The notes under the pieces are model-generated. The model was not told where the DNA came from. It did not search any database and saw only the letters and a list, made by a program, of their open reading frames with translations. Positions 26,638-40,500 of a DNA stretch of 64,000 bases are shown piece after piece. Position 1 is the stretch's first letter. Each line of letters starts with the position of its first letter. Source of the DNA: Lama glama (lineage: Eukaryota); assembly GCA_028534125.1 (NCBI GenBank), contig CM052816.1:50470001-50534000 (forward strand). The letters run 5' to 3'. The position numbers were made by a program, and so were the translations under genes.

Positions 26638-27379
26638 AAAAGAAGTCCCTCTGACAGAAAATAAATAATATTATACAGAAATCTGTATCTACAAAGAATA
26701 ATGAATCACTCCAGAACAGGTAACTTTGTGGGTAAATATAAAAGACTTAAAAAAAAAAATAAAATCACTTAAAAGACAACTCAGAATTCTGATTCTGGGT
26801 AAGATGGAGATAGTTCATTACTTCTATTACTCTCACTAATTACAACCAAAAATCCCGACACTTAAAGCAACTATTAAAAAGATTCCTTAAGGTGGAGAAA
26901 AGAAAGCATATTTAAAAGGAATCTTGGAACTTGAGGGAAGATTTGGCAGAGTTCGCTGATTGGTTTTGTTTTGTTGCCTTTTATACATCCAACCTGGATA
27001 TTAAAGAAGTCTGAAACACGACAACAACAGTGCGTACAAATAAACAAAAAGAAAAGCCACTTCCGTCTGGCTATAGGAAGCAGAAAAGGGTTAACCAGCA
27101 CAGAAGCCTTTTGCCTAAAACTCTTCCCTTCCCCTCTCAGTTCAGGCAAAGAATCCAGAAGGAGCTACACTTATCCTCATTCTGATCCCCATCTTATACG
27201 AAAGACAGGAGACTAAAGGTGGAGCCTAGTCTACTATCCTCACCCTGAACTCATGAGGTTCCTTCCTCTCCCAACTTGGTGCTGTGGACACAGAAATTGT
27301 GGGCAGAGACTTATTATCCATGCATTCTCATCCTCTCCCTCAAGTGGCACTCTTCTCCCCACTACCACAGACATACACC

Positions 27380-30300
27380 ATGATCAAGTAGATCATTCCA
27401 GGAATGCAAGGCAAAAATCTCAATCTTTGTAATCAACCATATTAACAGTCTAAAAAAGGATACTCATATGACCACATCAATTGATGCAGAAAAAGCATTT
27501 AAGGCAATTCAATACCTATTCACAATAAAACCAATCATCCAACTAAGAATAGAAAGAAATTTCTATAACTTGATAAAGAGCATATGAAAAATAAACTACA
27601 GCTAAGAGCATATGTAATGATGACAGACTGAATGTTTTCCCCCTAAAATGGGACATAAGGCAAAGATTTCTGTTCTTACCACTAAAATTCCACATAGTAG
27701 TTTCATGTCCTAGCCAGTAAAATAAGGAAAAGAGAGGAGATAAAAGGCATAAAGACTGAAAATAAATAAAACTATTCTTACTGGCAGATAACATTACTGT
27801 ATACATAAAAGATCCCAAGGAATCTATACAAATACAAAAAACAACAACAAACCACCCTGGGACAAATAAGGGAATTTAGCAAGGTTGGGGATTACAAGGT
27901 CAACACACAAACACATACACACAAACCCTGTATTTTTATATACTAGTAAAGAACTATTGGAAACTCAAATTAAAAAACAAAACCATTAGTATTAACTTTC
28001 CAAAGACTGAAATACCTACTGATAAATCTAACGAAACATGTGCAGAAATTCTGTGCTAAACACTACAAAATGCTCATGAAAGATATCAAAGAAAAACTAA
28101 GAAACATACTATGTTCATGGATTAGAAGACTCAATTGGGGCTTTTTTTTGTATATAAAACTGATTTTAAAATGTATTTGGAAAGGTAAAGTAGCTAAATG
28201 ATCTAAAACAACATTAAAAAAAAGAATAAAGTTGGAAGAATTACACAACCCAATTTTAAGACTTATAATGTAGCTACAGTAATTAAGACAGTGCAGTATT
28301 GGTAGAGGGATAGAGGATAAATTCATGAAACAGAATACAGAGCCCAGAAATAGACCCACACAAATATAGCCAATGACTTTTAATAAAGGTACAAAAGCAA
28401 TTCAATGGAAAAAGAAGAGTCTTTTCAACTACTGGTTAGTTCAACTAGACATTCATATCCAAGAAAATGAACTTCAACCTACACAAAAATTAACTAAAAA
28501 TAGATCATAGACTTATGAAGCCAGCAGCTGCTTCTGGCTCTGAAAATCAAAAATGCCTTTACACATTGCCAAAGGTCCCTGGAAAAGCAAAACCTCCTCC
28601 AGTTGAGAACCCAGTTGACTTAGGGACCTAAATAATTGAAGAGCTGTATCTTGGTCGTAGGTCAGAAGACTCAATACTGTCAATTCTATAGGTCCAATGC
28701 ATTCAGCAGACTTATTTGTAAAAAACTGACAAACTGATTCTAAACATCACCAGACAATCTGAAATATAGAGAATATCCAGAACAACTTTGAAAAAGAACA
28801 AAGTTGAAGGACTTACATTATCCAATTTCAAATTTTATTATAAATCTAAGTTATTAAGACAGTCTGAGATTGGCACAGAGATAAGTAAACAGATCAACAG
28901 AACAAAACAGAGTCCAGGTATAGACTTATATGTATCTAGTCAAGGGATTTTTAACAGAACTCAAGAAAATTCAGTGGAGAATTCACCAAAGGATTCTAGA
29001 ACAGCTGAATATCAATATGCAAAAAAATGAATTTCAATCCACATCTTGCAGTATATACCAAAATTAACACAAAATGTGTCACAGACTCTAAATATAAAAC
29101 CTAAAACTATAAAACTCATATGTGAAAGCTTAGGAGAAAATCTCTGTGATTTTAGACTAGGCAGAAATTTACCAGATATGACACTAAAAGCATGATTGAT
29201 AAATAAAAAATATTGGACTCCCTGAAAATTAAGAATTTCTCCTCTACTCCCACAAATAGAGGAGTAATCGTATATCTGTTAATGACTTAGTGTGCAGAAT
29301 ATGTAAAAACCTCTTCGAAATTCAATAAGGAAACAAGTGACCCAATTAAAAATATGTAAAGGAACCAAACAAACATATCATTAAAGAAAACATATTGATG
29401 GCAAATGTCATCATTAGACATTAGGGAAATGCAAATTTAAAATACAATGAAATACTAATACACAGCCACTAGACTATTTAAAATTTAAATAATAGGTGTT
29501 GACATGGATATGAAGGAACTGAAATTCTCATCTGTGGCTGGTGGAAATGGAAAATACTATGGCCACTGTGGAAAACTGTTCATTGGTTTTTTAAAAAATT
29601 AAATGTTCACCAATCATTTAAGCCACCTATTCTACTCCTATGCATTATCCAAAAGAATAAAACATATTTGTATACAATGACTTGTATACAAATATTCATG
29701 GCTGCTTATCTGTTACAGTCCAAAACTGGAAACAACTCAAATGTCCATCAACAGATGAATGCATAAATATATCAGGGCATGTTCATAAAACAGAATATTT
29801 ACTCAGTTGTAAAAAAAGAAAAAAGGAATAAATTAATGAATCACACAACAACCTGGAGGAATCTCAAAATAGTTGTGCTGAATGAAAAAGGCCAGACTCC
29901 CTCCCCTCAAAAAGCACCTACTATAGGATTATATTTACATAAAACTCTAGAAAACATAAAATAATTTAGTGAAAAGGAAGCTGATACGGAGTTGTCTGGG
30001 GATTAAATAGAGAGGTACAGAAGACTGGGAAACAAGATTACAAAGGTATACAAAACAAATTGGTGGGGAATGAGGATTTGTTCATTATCTTGATTGTGGC
30101 AACAGTTTCATGGGTATGCACACATTTTAAAATTTATCAAATTGTACACTTTCAATATGCACATTATATCTCAATAAAGCTATTTTTAATAAACCCACAA
30201 AAAGATTTATACATGAATGTATATTCATATACAATTTATATATATGTATATACTGCTTTATTAATTTCCACAACTGAAAACCATCCACATACAATGAAAA

Positions 30301-30830
30301 AGTCAATGTGGCATATCCACGCAATGGAATGTTACTCAGTAATCATAAGGAATGAACTGACACAAAACACAAAATGATAGGGGGGAAGGTATAACTCAGT
30401 GGCAGGGCACATGCTTAGCATGCAGGAGGTCCTGGGTTCAATCCTCAGCATCTCCATTAAAATAAATAAGTAAGTAAATAAGCCTAATTACCTCCCTCCC
30501 AAAACAATAAAAAAAATAAAAATGAAACTTGAAAAACACACACAATGATGAATCTCAAAAAATTATACTATGTAAATAAAGTTACATGCAAGAGTACATC
30601 ATACTGTCCAGTTCCATTTATGTGAAATTCTAAAATACGTAAAGCTACTCTTCAGTGACAAAGAGCAGTTTAGTGGTTGCCTGGAGCTTGGAGAGTGAGC
30701 AGAGTTGGGGAGGAAAGAGGATAACCAGGGACTGATTTCAAAAAGGCATGAAGTTACTGTCTGGAGTGATGAAAACTTTACATTATACATAGGTACATTT
30801 TATTGTATGCACATTACACCTAAACAAAAA
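27380..30830 (+). mobile_element. Cluster of old L1 ORF2 and 3' fragments with a nested MER20 end (about 28530-28615) and a SINE
   Basis: CATTCCAGGAATGCAAGG, TCAATTGATGCAGAAAAAGCATTT, peptide KKNKVEGLTLSNFKFYYK, AAACTGGAAACAACTCAAATGTCCATCAACAG. Confidence 0.85.
30380..30525 (+). mobile_element. tRNA-derived SINE (camelid Vic-1-like)
   Basis: GGGGGGAAGGTATAACTCAGTGG...GGTTCAATCC...CCTAATTACCTCCC; imperfect TSD AAAACACA(A/CAC)AATGAT. Confidence 0.85.
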
Positions 30831-31939
30831 GGTTATTTTAATCGATTTTAACAGAGGCCTGGGCTCTACTCTACCTAACTTACTACCTCTGCTTTCCTTA
30901 GGAATTTGTTTATGCTTTCAGCAACTGTTTCCTCACATACAGTGACAATGATGAAGTGAGAGCACAAGCTAAAGGAGATTAACTGAAAAGTAATAAGCAA
31001 TACTATTAACCTTCAAAAGTTCTTTTAGAGCACAGTTTTTACATGCTACTTTCTACTTCTGTTTTACTAAGAAAGTTGTTTCTTTCCTGAAAAATCCTGG
31101 AATAACCGAAAAAAATTAAAGTATAATGACTTTGAGATGTTTCTTATAAAAGAAAACATTTTAAGTCGAAGCAGAACAATATGAAACTAGAAAAAGAAAA
31201 TGAGTTCTCAAAGACAAAACTGTGTAACTAAAAATTGATCATTTTTAAAGTAATAGTTCTAAAGTCTCTTCTATGGCTTATACTTTGAACAGGATTTCTG
31301 CACCACTTACATTACTGATTTAGTTCCCACATTCCAAAAGGTCAAGATTATAAAGTATTTAATACAAATATGGCAGATGTATAGAAATACTTTTATGACA
31401 AAATACTATGATTTCTTTTTGAGGCATTCAAGCAACACATTTGCAACGCATACTCCTACAAACCTGAAAATCATTACTACTTTTGACAAAGTCTTTGGCA
31501 GAGTACCATAATAAATGCTCCAATTCTGATATTTCATCTGGAAATATCCAGTTGATTTCAAAGTCCCTCAAACCACACGGACACATGGCAATAATACAGG
31601 ATTTTGGACTGCTGTTTTTAAAAACAACTTTGACTGCTTTGGGCTAACTTATTTTAGTTCGTTTTTATGTATCTGAGAAATGTAACTTAAATAAATGCAG
31701 AGAGGCTGTTTGAACCTAGAATGCATTTTCTACTTTAAGAAAAAAGTATGACATATAGTAAGCTACAAACTAACCTATACCTTATTATATGTTGTAACAT
31801 ATAGTTTAGTTTTTTAAACTAAAATATGACTTAAACGATTATTTATAATGAAAATACTAGAGGAAGATCCCTGTAACAATAAAAAGGAAAATTTGACTGA
31901 AAGACATTTCAATCTCTCCTAAACGTAAACATGCAGAGA

Positions 31940-32270
31940 TTGCCCACTGTCCCTCAATATCTACTTTCCCCTTTTTACACAGTAATAAAAATTTCTGGAC
32001 ATAAGACACAGCTGAAAAATCATATTTCACAGATTCCCTTGCAGCTAGGTGAAGCCCTGTGACTTATTCTGGACAATGGGATTCGAGCAAAAGTAAAGCA
32101 TTTTTACACAAGGCCATAATATTACATAAAGGCCATCTAAGTGCGATGGCCTTAAAGAAAATGCGTATGTTCTTTATTTTCTCTTTAACTCAGTCCTGTT
32201 GCTTGAAAGGTGAATGTAACAGTGATCATGAGGTAAAAACTCATTGTTAAAAGTGGCAAAACAACATGAT
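31940..32270. mobile_element. Ancient LTR fragment (MLT1/LTR16-like)
   Basis: CCCTTGCAGCTAGGTGAAGCCCTGTGACTTATTCTGGACAATGGGAT motif. Confidence 0.55.
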
Positions 32271-32271
32271 T

Positions 32272-32605
32272 AAAAACAGAAACAGACTCACAGACATAGA
32301 AAACTAACTTACAGTTATCATGGGGAAAGGGATGGGAAGGGATAAATTGGGAGTGCGAGATTTGCAGATACTAACTACTATATATAAAATAGATAAATGA
32401 CAAGTTCATACTGTATAGCACAGGCAACTATCTATTCACTATCTTGCAGTAACTTATGGTGAAAAAGAATATGAAAACGAATGTATGTACATTCATGTAT
32501 GACTGAAGCATTATGCTGTACATCAGAAATTGACACAACACTGTAAATTGACTATATACTTTAAAAATATGTATATACACAAAAAAGAAAATAAAGAGAA
32601 AAAGA
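32272..32605 (+). mobile_element. L1 3' UTR with A tail
   Basis: AAAACAGAAACAGACTCACAGACATAGAAAA...GGGATGGGAAGGGATAAATTGGGAG; same family as 715-1163. Confidence 0.88.
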
Positions 32606-33849
32606 AGCAGCCCTAGGCCTCCATATCATAAAGCCATCGTATTAACCCAGGCCTGCCTATTTGGATCTTTACATTACAGAAAAGCAAACCTCCAGGCTAC
32701 TTAAATCATCACATTTTCAGTCTAGACTGTATCTGAACCCAATATCTGATGGTGAGGGTAGGGAAAAGGAAAGAAAAGAAAATGCAAATATATTTTATTA
32801 TAATTCTAAGAGATCTAAAGCCAATTCGAATGTGTTATGTTTATGTGTGTGTTTATCATGTTTAATTTTGCTTCAAACCTCATGGCTTTCCTTCATTAGG
32901 AGTATTTTTAGAAATATAAAACTACAGTATATTAGATGACCTGGAATGAATCCAAGAAATCACTTCAAAATTTTATAGATGAGAAAACAGGTATGAGCAA
33001 GCTAAATGATGACCCCAAAGTTACTCTTACCAAAAATAATTAGGTCTTTTTTATGTGGCTCATGAATGAAAATGTTTTCTGAACAGAGCCAATTACAAAA
33101 GCAAAAGAGGAAGAGGAATTAGTTTAATTTTTTTTTAATTTTTAATTAAGATGTATTGTTTGCATGACAAAGTGTGTACTGCAGAATCCCTATGAATTGT
33201 GAAAGGCAGAGGGAAAACAGTGACACAAAGTATGTGAATAATCTGCTGAGTGGGCGACAGTATTTATAGTAAAGAGATAATGAGTTCTAAATGCTTGCAC
33301 TAGAGTATATCTTCATTCAGAACAGTCTACTGCCAACTGAAGAGTTCTAATGATGGGGCAGGAAGGGTCTCAGCAGTCTACACCTTACAGATAAAAAAGA
33401 GCACCTCGCTGGCCATTCAAGATTTATTCCAATAAGAATTGAGGTAAAATAAAAAACTTCTATGTTATCTGCAAGGAATAGCCAATGAGAGCATAAATGA
33501 AATTTTAGGTATTATGAGCTCAAAAGCAATCTCATGAAAATTATGGACCGATTCCCTCCAAACAATATACATAAATATCAATATACACACTATATATATA
33601 TATATATATTAAATATTTCATTGCTTTGGAAAATGACAATTCTTTCACTCTAATAAAACACAAGATACTATTTCCAAAAAATCAGGTCTTTTTGGATATA
33701 AAAATTAGTAGTTACCCCCTTTTAAAAAACAGAAAAAAAAGAAAATTTGATACAAATGTAAATTTCAAATAAGCCTTGTATGACTTAAATACTCTAAACG
33801 TTCAAATTATGGAGTGATCTCCAATGCAGCATTAGACTTATAAAACTTC

Positions 33850-34870
33850 TTGAAGCGGCAGCCAACAACTGCCCCAAAACCCTAACTCTCAGTGGTATCA
33901 AACTCACAGCAGACTGTACTTAGAACTCATGGAATATACTTTACCATGGGAGAGTAAGCTTGTGTCAACAAACAACCGAATTCACTACAACTTTTTGAGT
34001 TGAATCTACATTCATTCTTTTCTTTTCTTCTAAGTGTTAGGAGGTCATTACTGGCAACAATCAGATGTGTGTGTCATCAAGGAAAGGATTACAAACTCCT
34101 TTTAAATTTTTAGGTCATCCAAAGCAAAATTAGCCTTAAAAACTATTCTGCCATGTTTCCAATTGTCTGCATATTTTTGCCAGCAGATGAATTTACAAGA
34201 TACTGTCACTCTGAAATTCAACTTGCAGAAACACATCCTGAAGCACTCACCAGAAGATTCCCACGGAAGTTTGGCCAAATGAACTTGTGATTTTCATCTG
34301 CATCCATAAGGCTGACTCAAAGCACCTCAAACTGAAAGTTTTACCACATCCAAATATCCAAAAATATCTATCAAGTAAGTCAAGTCACGAACTCCTCCTC
34401 ATCAAACTGTTCTGGGAGTAGCCTTTCTTTTTCTCGTAAGCAAATGAAAAAATGAATAAATAATGAGGCATCTATCTAAACTGCATTGTAGTGTTTTAGG
34501 GCTTATCTGTTTGGAAACCAACACTTCTGCATTGCTGGGAATCTCTTATTCTGTTTCCATTTCTTAAGAAAACCTGTTGAAAGGTGGTTCAAGGCTTTGG
34601 CTCTGATAAAGCTGATTAACTTCAAGGTAGTAAACAAGGTATCTTTTCAGGATTATTATCAGTTTTTGAGACTGATAAATGCCAAGTCGATTGTAAAAGC
34701 CTTAAGTCATGAGGAATTGAAGTTCTTTCTTCACAAAAGCAACAAGATCAGATGTATCTCCAAGCATGGCAAGTACTCCATCCATGCCTGATGTACCTAA
34801 CCCTCCTTTCCACCATGCCAAAGATATCAAAAGCCTTTCAAGTTCCCAGAAGATACCTCTGAAACTTGGG
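33850..34870 (-). mobile_element. Fossil hAT-Charlie transposase coding remnant
   Basis: Manual minus-strand translation across frames: GMDGVLAMLGDTSDLVAFVKKE (34723-34788), LKLISFIRAKALNH, EQFDEEEF, LTYLIDIF, LAKLPW, NPFLDD, QAYSPMVK. The order matches Charlie/Buster transposases; many stops. Confidence 0.8.
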
Positions 34871-36122
34871 ATCTGTTACACACCAGGGTACACAAAATAG
34901 ATGAAAACCAGAAACTGGCTGCATGAAATAATGTTAGTTATTATAAACAAATAAATGCTTGTTGAGTGGGAAATAGCATTATTCCCAATTTGACAATAAT
35001 CTGCTTCAAAATATCAGAAGAGTCAACAGTTCTGTAGTATACATTTGATTGTACTTAAGTCATAGGAAAGAACATTTTGTGATAAATAACAGAATTTCAG
35101 TAGTCAGCTCAAACCTTACTTACCCTATTTTAAATTTTCATCTTAAGGACCTCAGCATATTAAAACTCATGTAAACAGACAGCTTAGTAGAATAAGTATG
35201 TATCTTTTAAACAGATATAATTACTGAATCCAGGCTCTTTCTATTATTCTCTATAGGATAAATGAAAGCAATGATTCCATCTGTTCCTTCAAATGTTTCT
35301 CTAATTGGTGAGATCCTTTTAATCATTGTGAATTAAAGAATTTTCTTAAAAAATAATTTTTAAAATTCAGTTCAGCTCCAGCACAAACTGTCTATAACAG
35401 TCTCTAAACTTAATGCAGTGAAAATCTCCCTCCTTTTCTTGTATTATAGATCTAATATCTGACTGACAAACCACTGATAAAGAGCAAGTAATTCAACCTC
35501 TAAATATACCATAAACTTGAATAAAATATACAAACACTAAGTACTATACTTTTGATAAATAAATCATCTGCCGTGATTTAAATTGGTGCAAAAAAATGTA
35601 GAAACTGAGCAGGACAAGTAGCAGATATTCTTGTCTTTATAGTATGCAAGTTTTGGAAAGCTTGGTTTGAAAGTTATTTCTTTTTATTTTAATAATTCTA
35701 AGTTTGATAACATAAATAAAATACCTTAATTTCTAGTCATACATCTGACTACACTTAACTATATCATTTTATAATTTCAAATACATTCTATTAAGGAAGA
35801 AAATAAGTCATAATTATTAAATATTCAGAGGAAAATATATTATTTTCTTTATTAAAATGAGTATTTCCCCCAAACTTATTTCAATAAATCTTGCCTCATG
35901 GTATAAAACTTCTGACCCCACTTTTCAGAATTGCTCATTCATGTGATTATCTCAATATTTAGTTTTAAAGCATTAAAAACAAAATACATTTTCTAATAAT
36001 TATGTTCCATAATTCATTAATATAAAGCACATATAATGACTATCACTTTGAAGGATTTTCCAACTTAGAAACCAAGTACTTTCCAACTTTTATTTCTGAT
36101 GTATTCTGGGAATAATATGCTA

Positions 36123-36395
<273 letters not shown>

Positions 36396-37529
36396 TTATT
36401 AACTTGAAAACAAATTTCTAAACGTAAGAATAAAGTTGTTTACTTGTTGCTACTAATTTATTACTTATGTAACAGAAATGTAAACAAAAAGTCAAATGAA
36501 TCCCCACATATTTTTAAGTCAAATTATACCCCTTAACTGATCGAGCAATTTTTGAGAAATACAGTAATTTAGTCTCAAATCTCATCTGAAAAGCATTAGA
36601 CTCCTTGCATTCTTTCTCTGTCCTCAGACGAAAGAAACAACCAGCTTGTGTACCTGCTCCAAGGCCATACCAGAGAAATTATTTCCTATGAAGATTAATA
36701 AGCTCCGTATTTTACATCTTTCTTCCTTGTCTCAATTATTAAAGAGATTAAATACTCTATCATCTATTTCTCACTCACATGGGCAGAGTCAAATTTAAAG
36801 TCAAGATGGAGTTCATTCTTTTCATCCCATTAGGCGCCAACAATAAAAAAGGTGGATGAAGGGAGTTGATGAGGAAGGAAAGGGAAGGGATTAATATTTA
36901 CTGAGTGTCTCCTCTCTGATAAGCATTTTATTACATATCTGGCTTCCAATTCTCTCAATACTTAAAGCTGATGTTTCACTCATCCACAGAGATTTTTACT
37001 TCAATAATTATATTTTCAATCTTAATATTCTCTTTGCTTCTTTTTCACAATATCCTGTCCTTGCCACACCCTTCTTTCAAATATCTGAAGGATTTAAATA
37101 TATTTAAGATCTCATTCAGATGATCTATAATGCATAGATCTCGCTCTATGCATGGTTCCTGGGGTATTAATTCCACTTTTCCTAGCTGCTGACATATTCT
37201 CATTCTGCTTTTTTTTGTTTCATGCTTTGTGATACTTGAACATAGCTCTCCTCCAGCCAGCGCATCGAGCGCTCTGGGCACCAGAGGTAGCCTTAAACGA
37301 AAGTTGCTGGTTTGCCTTTCTCGGAGTCCCTACAGGTCTCACCAGTTCTGTACCAGCTGTGAAAGTCAATTTCTTAACTTGCTTTTTACACTTGAGGCAA
37401 GAAGTTAAATTTAAACTCCCTACCCTGCAACCCCTACATAATATGGACAGGATTCTGATTCTTTTTAGGACTTTTATTTACTCACAGTCCTTAGTGACTA
37501 CTTTGAGTCTACGCTGTATCTCCAGCCAG

Positions 37530-37536
<7 letters not shown>

Positions 37537-37574
<38 letters not shown>
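37537..37574 (+). repeat. (TG)19 microsatellite in XRCC4 intron 2
   Basis: Direct count of a perfect TG run. Confidence 0.95.
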
Positions 37575-37577
<3 letters not shown>

Positions 37578-40500
37578 TTTTTAAGATGAGATCATTATCA
37601 CGGGTCACTTCCAGGCTCCTTTCTTTATCTTGAGAGCTCAGTTCCAGTTTCTTAAGAGGCCTGCAGTCTCCACTCCACTCAGGTACTGTTATAACCAGTC
37701 ATTTAGATGTATATGTAGTTCATATATCCCATGTAGTTCTTTAACTCCCATTAACTGTTTTAGTTTTCAGATACCTCTTCATGCATTGCAGCTGGGGACT
37801 TCTCTTTCTTACATTCAAAGGCTGCAATGTGTCTGTTTGCTTTTGAAATTACAAGATTTAATTTAACGTTTGCTAAGAATGCATGTGTGGCTGGGTGATT
37901 TCCTGTGTCAACTCAGGCTACCACAATGACCAAAGACCCATATGGTTCTACACTTTCACATTTAAAGGTTACTTTTATCTATTTTATTCCTTATAACACT
38001 GAAAGATAGTTTCATTTTACAAATGATTAAATTGAAATTAAAAAAACAAATAATAAAATTGAGGCTCAGAGAAACTAAGTAAGGGTCTAGGGTCATGGAG
38101 TCAGTAAGTGGTAAAACTGGGATTCATACTTATATCTCAACGGTTTTTCTGTTTTGAGGTGAAGCATTAGGTAAATTATTTCCTTCCATAATATCAAAAA
38201 AATTAGTATAAAATATTATAGAAAACAATGAAATCTTGATTAAAGAATTCCTAAAAATATAACAGCTTTTCATAACTTTGGTCCATGTGCTATCAAGTGT
38301 CTGGAAGCCCCATGAAAAACAGGCAACTAGGAAGAATCTGGGAATGTATCCATATTTTTTTCATGATCAATTTTTAATAAGTTCTGACATTGGAATATGA
38401 GTCTCAACACAGCCTTTGAGAAAAGGTAAGAATAAAAATATTCTTCTGTGATTTTACAGCTTCTAAAATTCTGCCACATATTTTTCTCTGCCTGAAGCAT
38501 ATGCATATTTAAGATTATCACCACTATAAAATCTACTGACCTTTCAAAAACCCTATTAGCTCTCCTGAAAAAACATAAAAATAAGAAGGCAAATGTTTCC
38601 TATCTGAGGAATAATTTCATATTTTGTGTTTGGAGAGTTTTTGTACCTAGAGAGAGAAATTATTTCACAGAGAAATAGGAAATAATCTATAGAATCTATC
38701 TTTAATGTAACTATAGAAAAATTCTTAAGAAAATATACACACAAGAAGTATGTCTACTGACAAAACATCTAGTAAGAAGTATTCTAAATTTCATTAAAAT
38801 GAAAAGAAACCATTCTGAAAATATTGAATAGAAGTTATTGATTCATTTATTCAAAAAATGCTCAATGAACATCTACTATGTGCCAGGCACTATTTAAGGC
38901 ACCAGGGATACAAGTTAGATACTTGACTCAGGTACTGACATCTTAGATATCCTTTCAGATAGCCTCTTACATATTACCTTAGATATCCTCTTATGTTACT
39001 CCGGTCTAAGATTATGTTATAAAATATTTCATTCTTGGAAGGAAAAAAAACTTATGCAAGGAAATCATTTCTATTTATACTTATTCTTAGAAAATGTTTT
39101 TAAAAAAGGTATTAAGAAAAAAAAAATTCCTTGAACATTTCTTGTAACAGTTAAAGTGAAATTCTGACTGCCTATTTAGAACTTCAATCCTAGAAAAACA
39201 CTTTGGTCACTGGTTTTGAATTCTGTACTGGAAGAAGCACAGCTGTAAGCACTCAATGCTCCAAAAACTTCAGTGCTCAGGGATAAAAGTCACGGAGATA
39301 ATCAAACTCAGTAAGGACACAGCTGAACCACACAATATGGCATAAAAAGTGAGTAGGCCAAAATGACCAAAAAACAAAGAATTGTTCTTAAACAGGTAGG
39401 GAGCCAAGAAAGCATCCCTTTAACACTGTTTGTGGGGAGGTGAAGATGTACGTGAGGAAAGAAGATTCTTTACTTTGGATCCTATGTTTAATGCATCAAA
39501 AGACGGCATATCCTAAGTTGGTGTCAGAGTCAAGAAAGCACACAGACTTAATAAGTCATCACATCATGGACACATATTACTACTTCATTCATTAAAAATC
39601 CTTTTTCTACTGAGCTCTGTCACATTATTTCCATATAGGTCACCAAATATATCAATGTTTAGAACAAATGTAAGTGGATATATTATTTGATAATATATGC
39701 AGTAATAAAATTTAATTTACTCTTCAGTGAACTTTAAACTACTCCAAAGATGGGTGATATAAGCTTCTTAGTGACTGCAATTTTTATGAAAATCACATAA
39801 TAGTCATCGATCATTAACCTACTTTGTTACTTAACCCTGTGATATAACCCTCTATAATGTTGAAGTGATGATAGACCGCATGATAATTAGACCCCAAAAC
39901 ATTCATTAGATAAAACATTGCTAATGGAAAAGAAATCAGTGAGTTTAGTGTGTGGGAGATTAAAAGGAACCCCACATCCTTTTAATTTCACTCAAATGAA
40001 AAGAGAAAAAAAATTATCCAAATTGAAGGTTGCAGCAATCAAAAGTTGTACAAAAAACAGGATGAGGTATAGGAAGGAAATTCATTTTTATGTTTCAATT
40101 ATTTAATTGTTTCAATGTTCTTAATCATGTTACTGTCTATCTGTAAAGTGCCAAACCAAATTGTAGTTACGTATAAGCCTTAACTAAACATGGAAACAAA
40201 ATTATTTGGTTTCATATTTTGCCCCTGAAATGTACACAAGAAAACAGAAATGAATAATAAAAGCCATAAAACATTTGTGAGATTTAAAAGTTTGATCTCT
40301 GAAAATAACCATATCCAGTGCACTGTAAAGATTTTCTATTTGAAAACTTACTCATTACAGCAAGCCAAAATGTTCACAAACCACCAAACGATACAGAAGT
40401 TTGATAACACATTTTTATCACACTAAATTTCATTAGCTGAAAAACAAATGGTAAAACATACTGCATTTATGATCAATGCTGACAATAAGTAAATATGACA

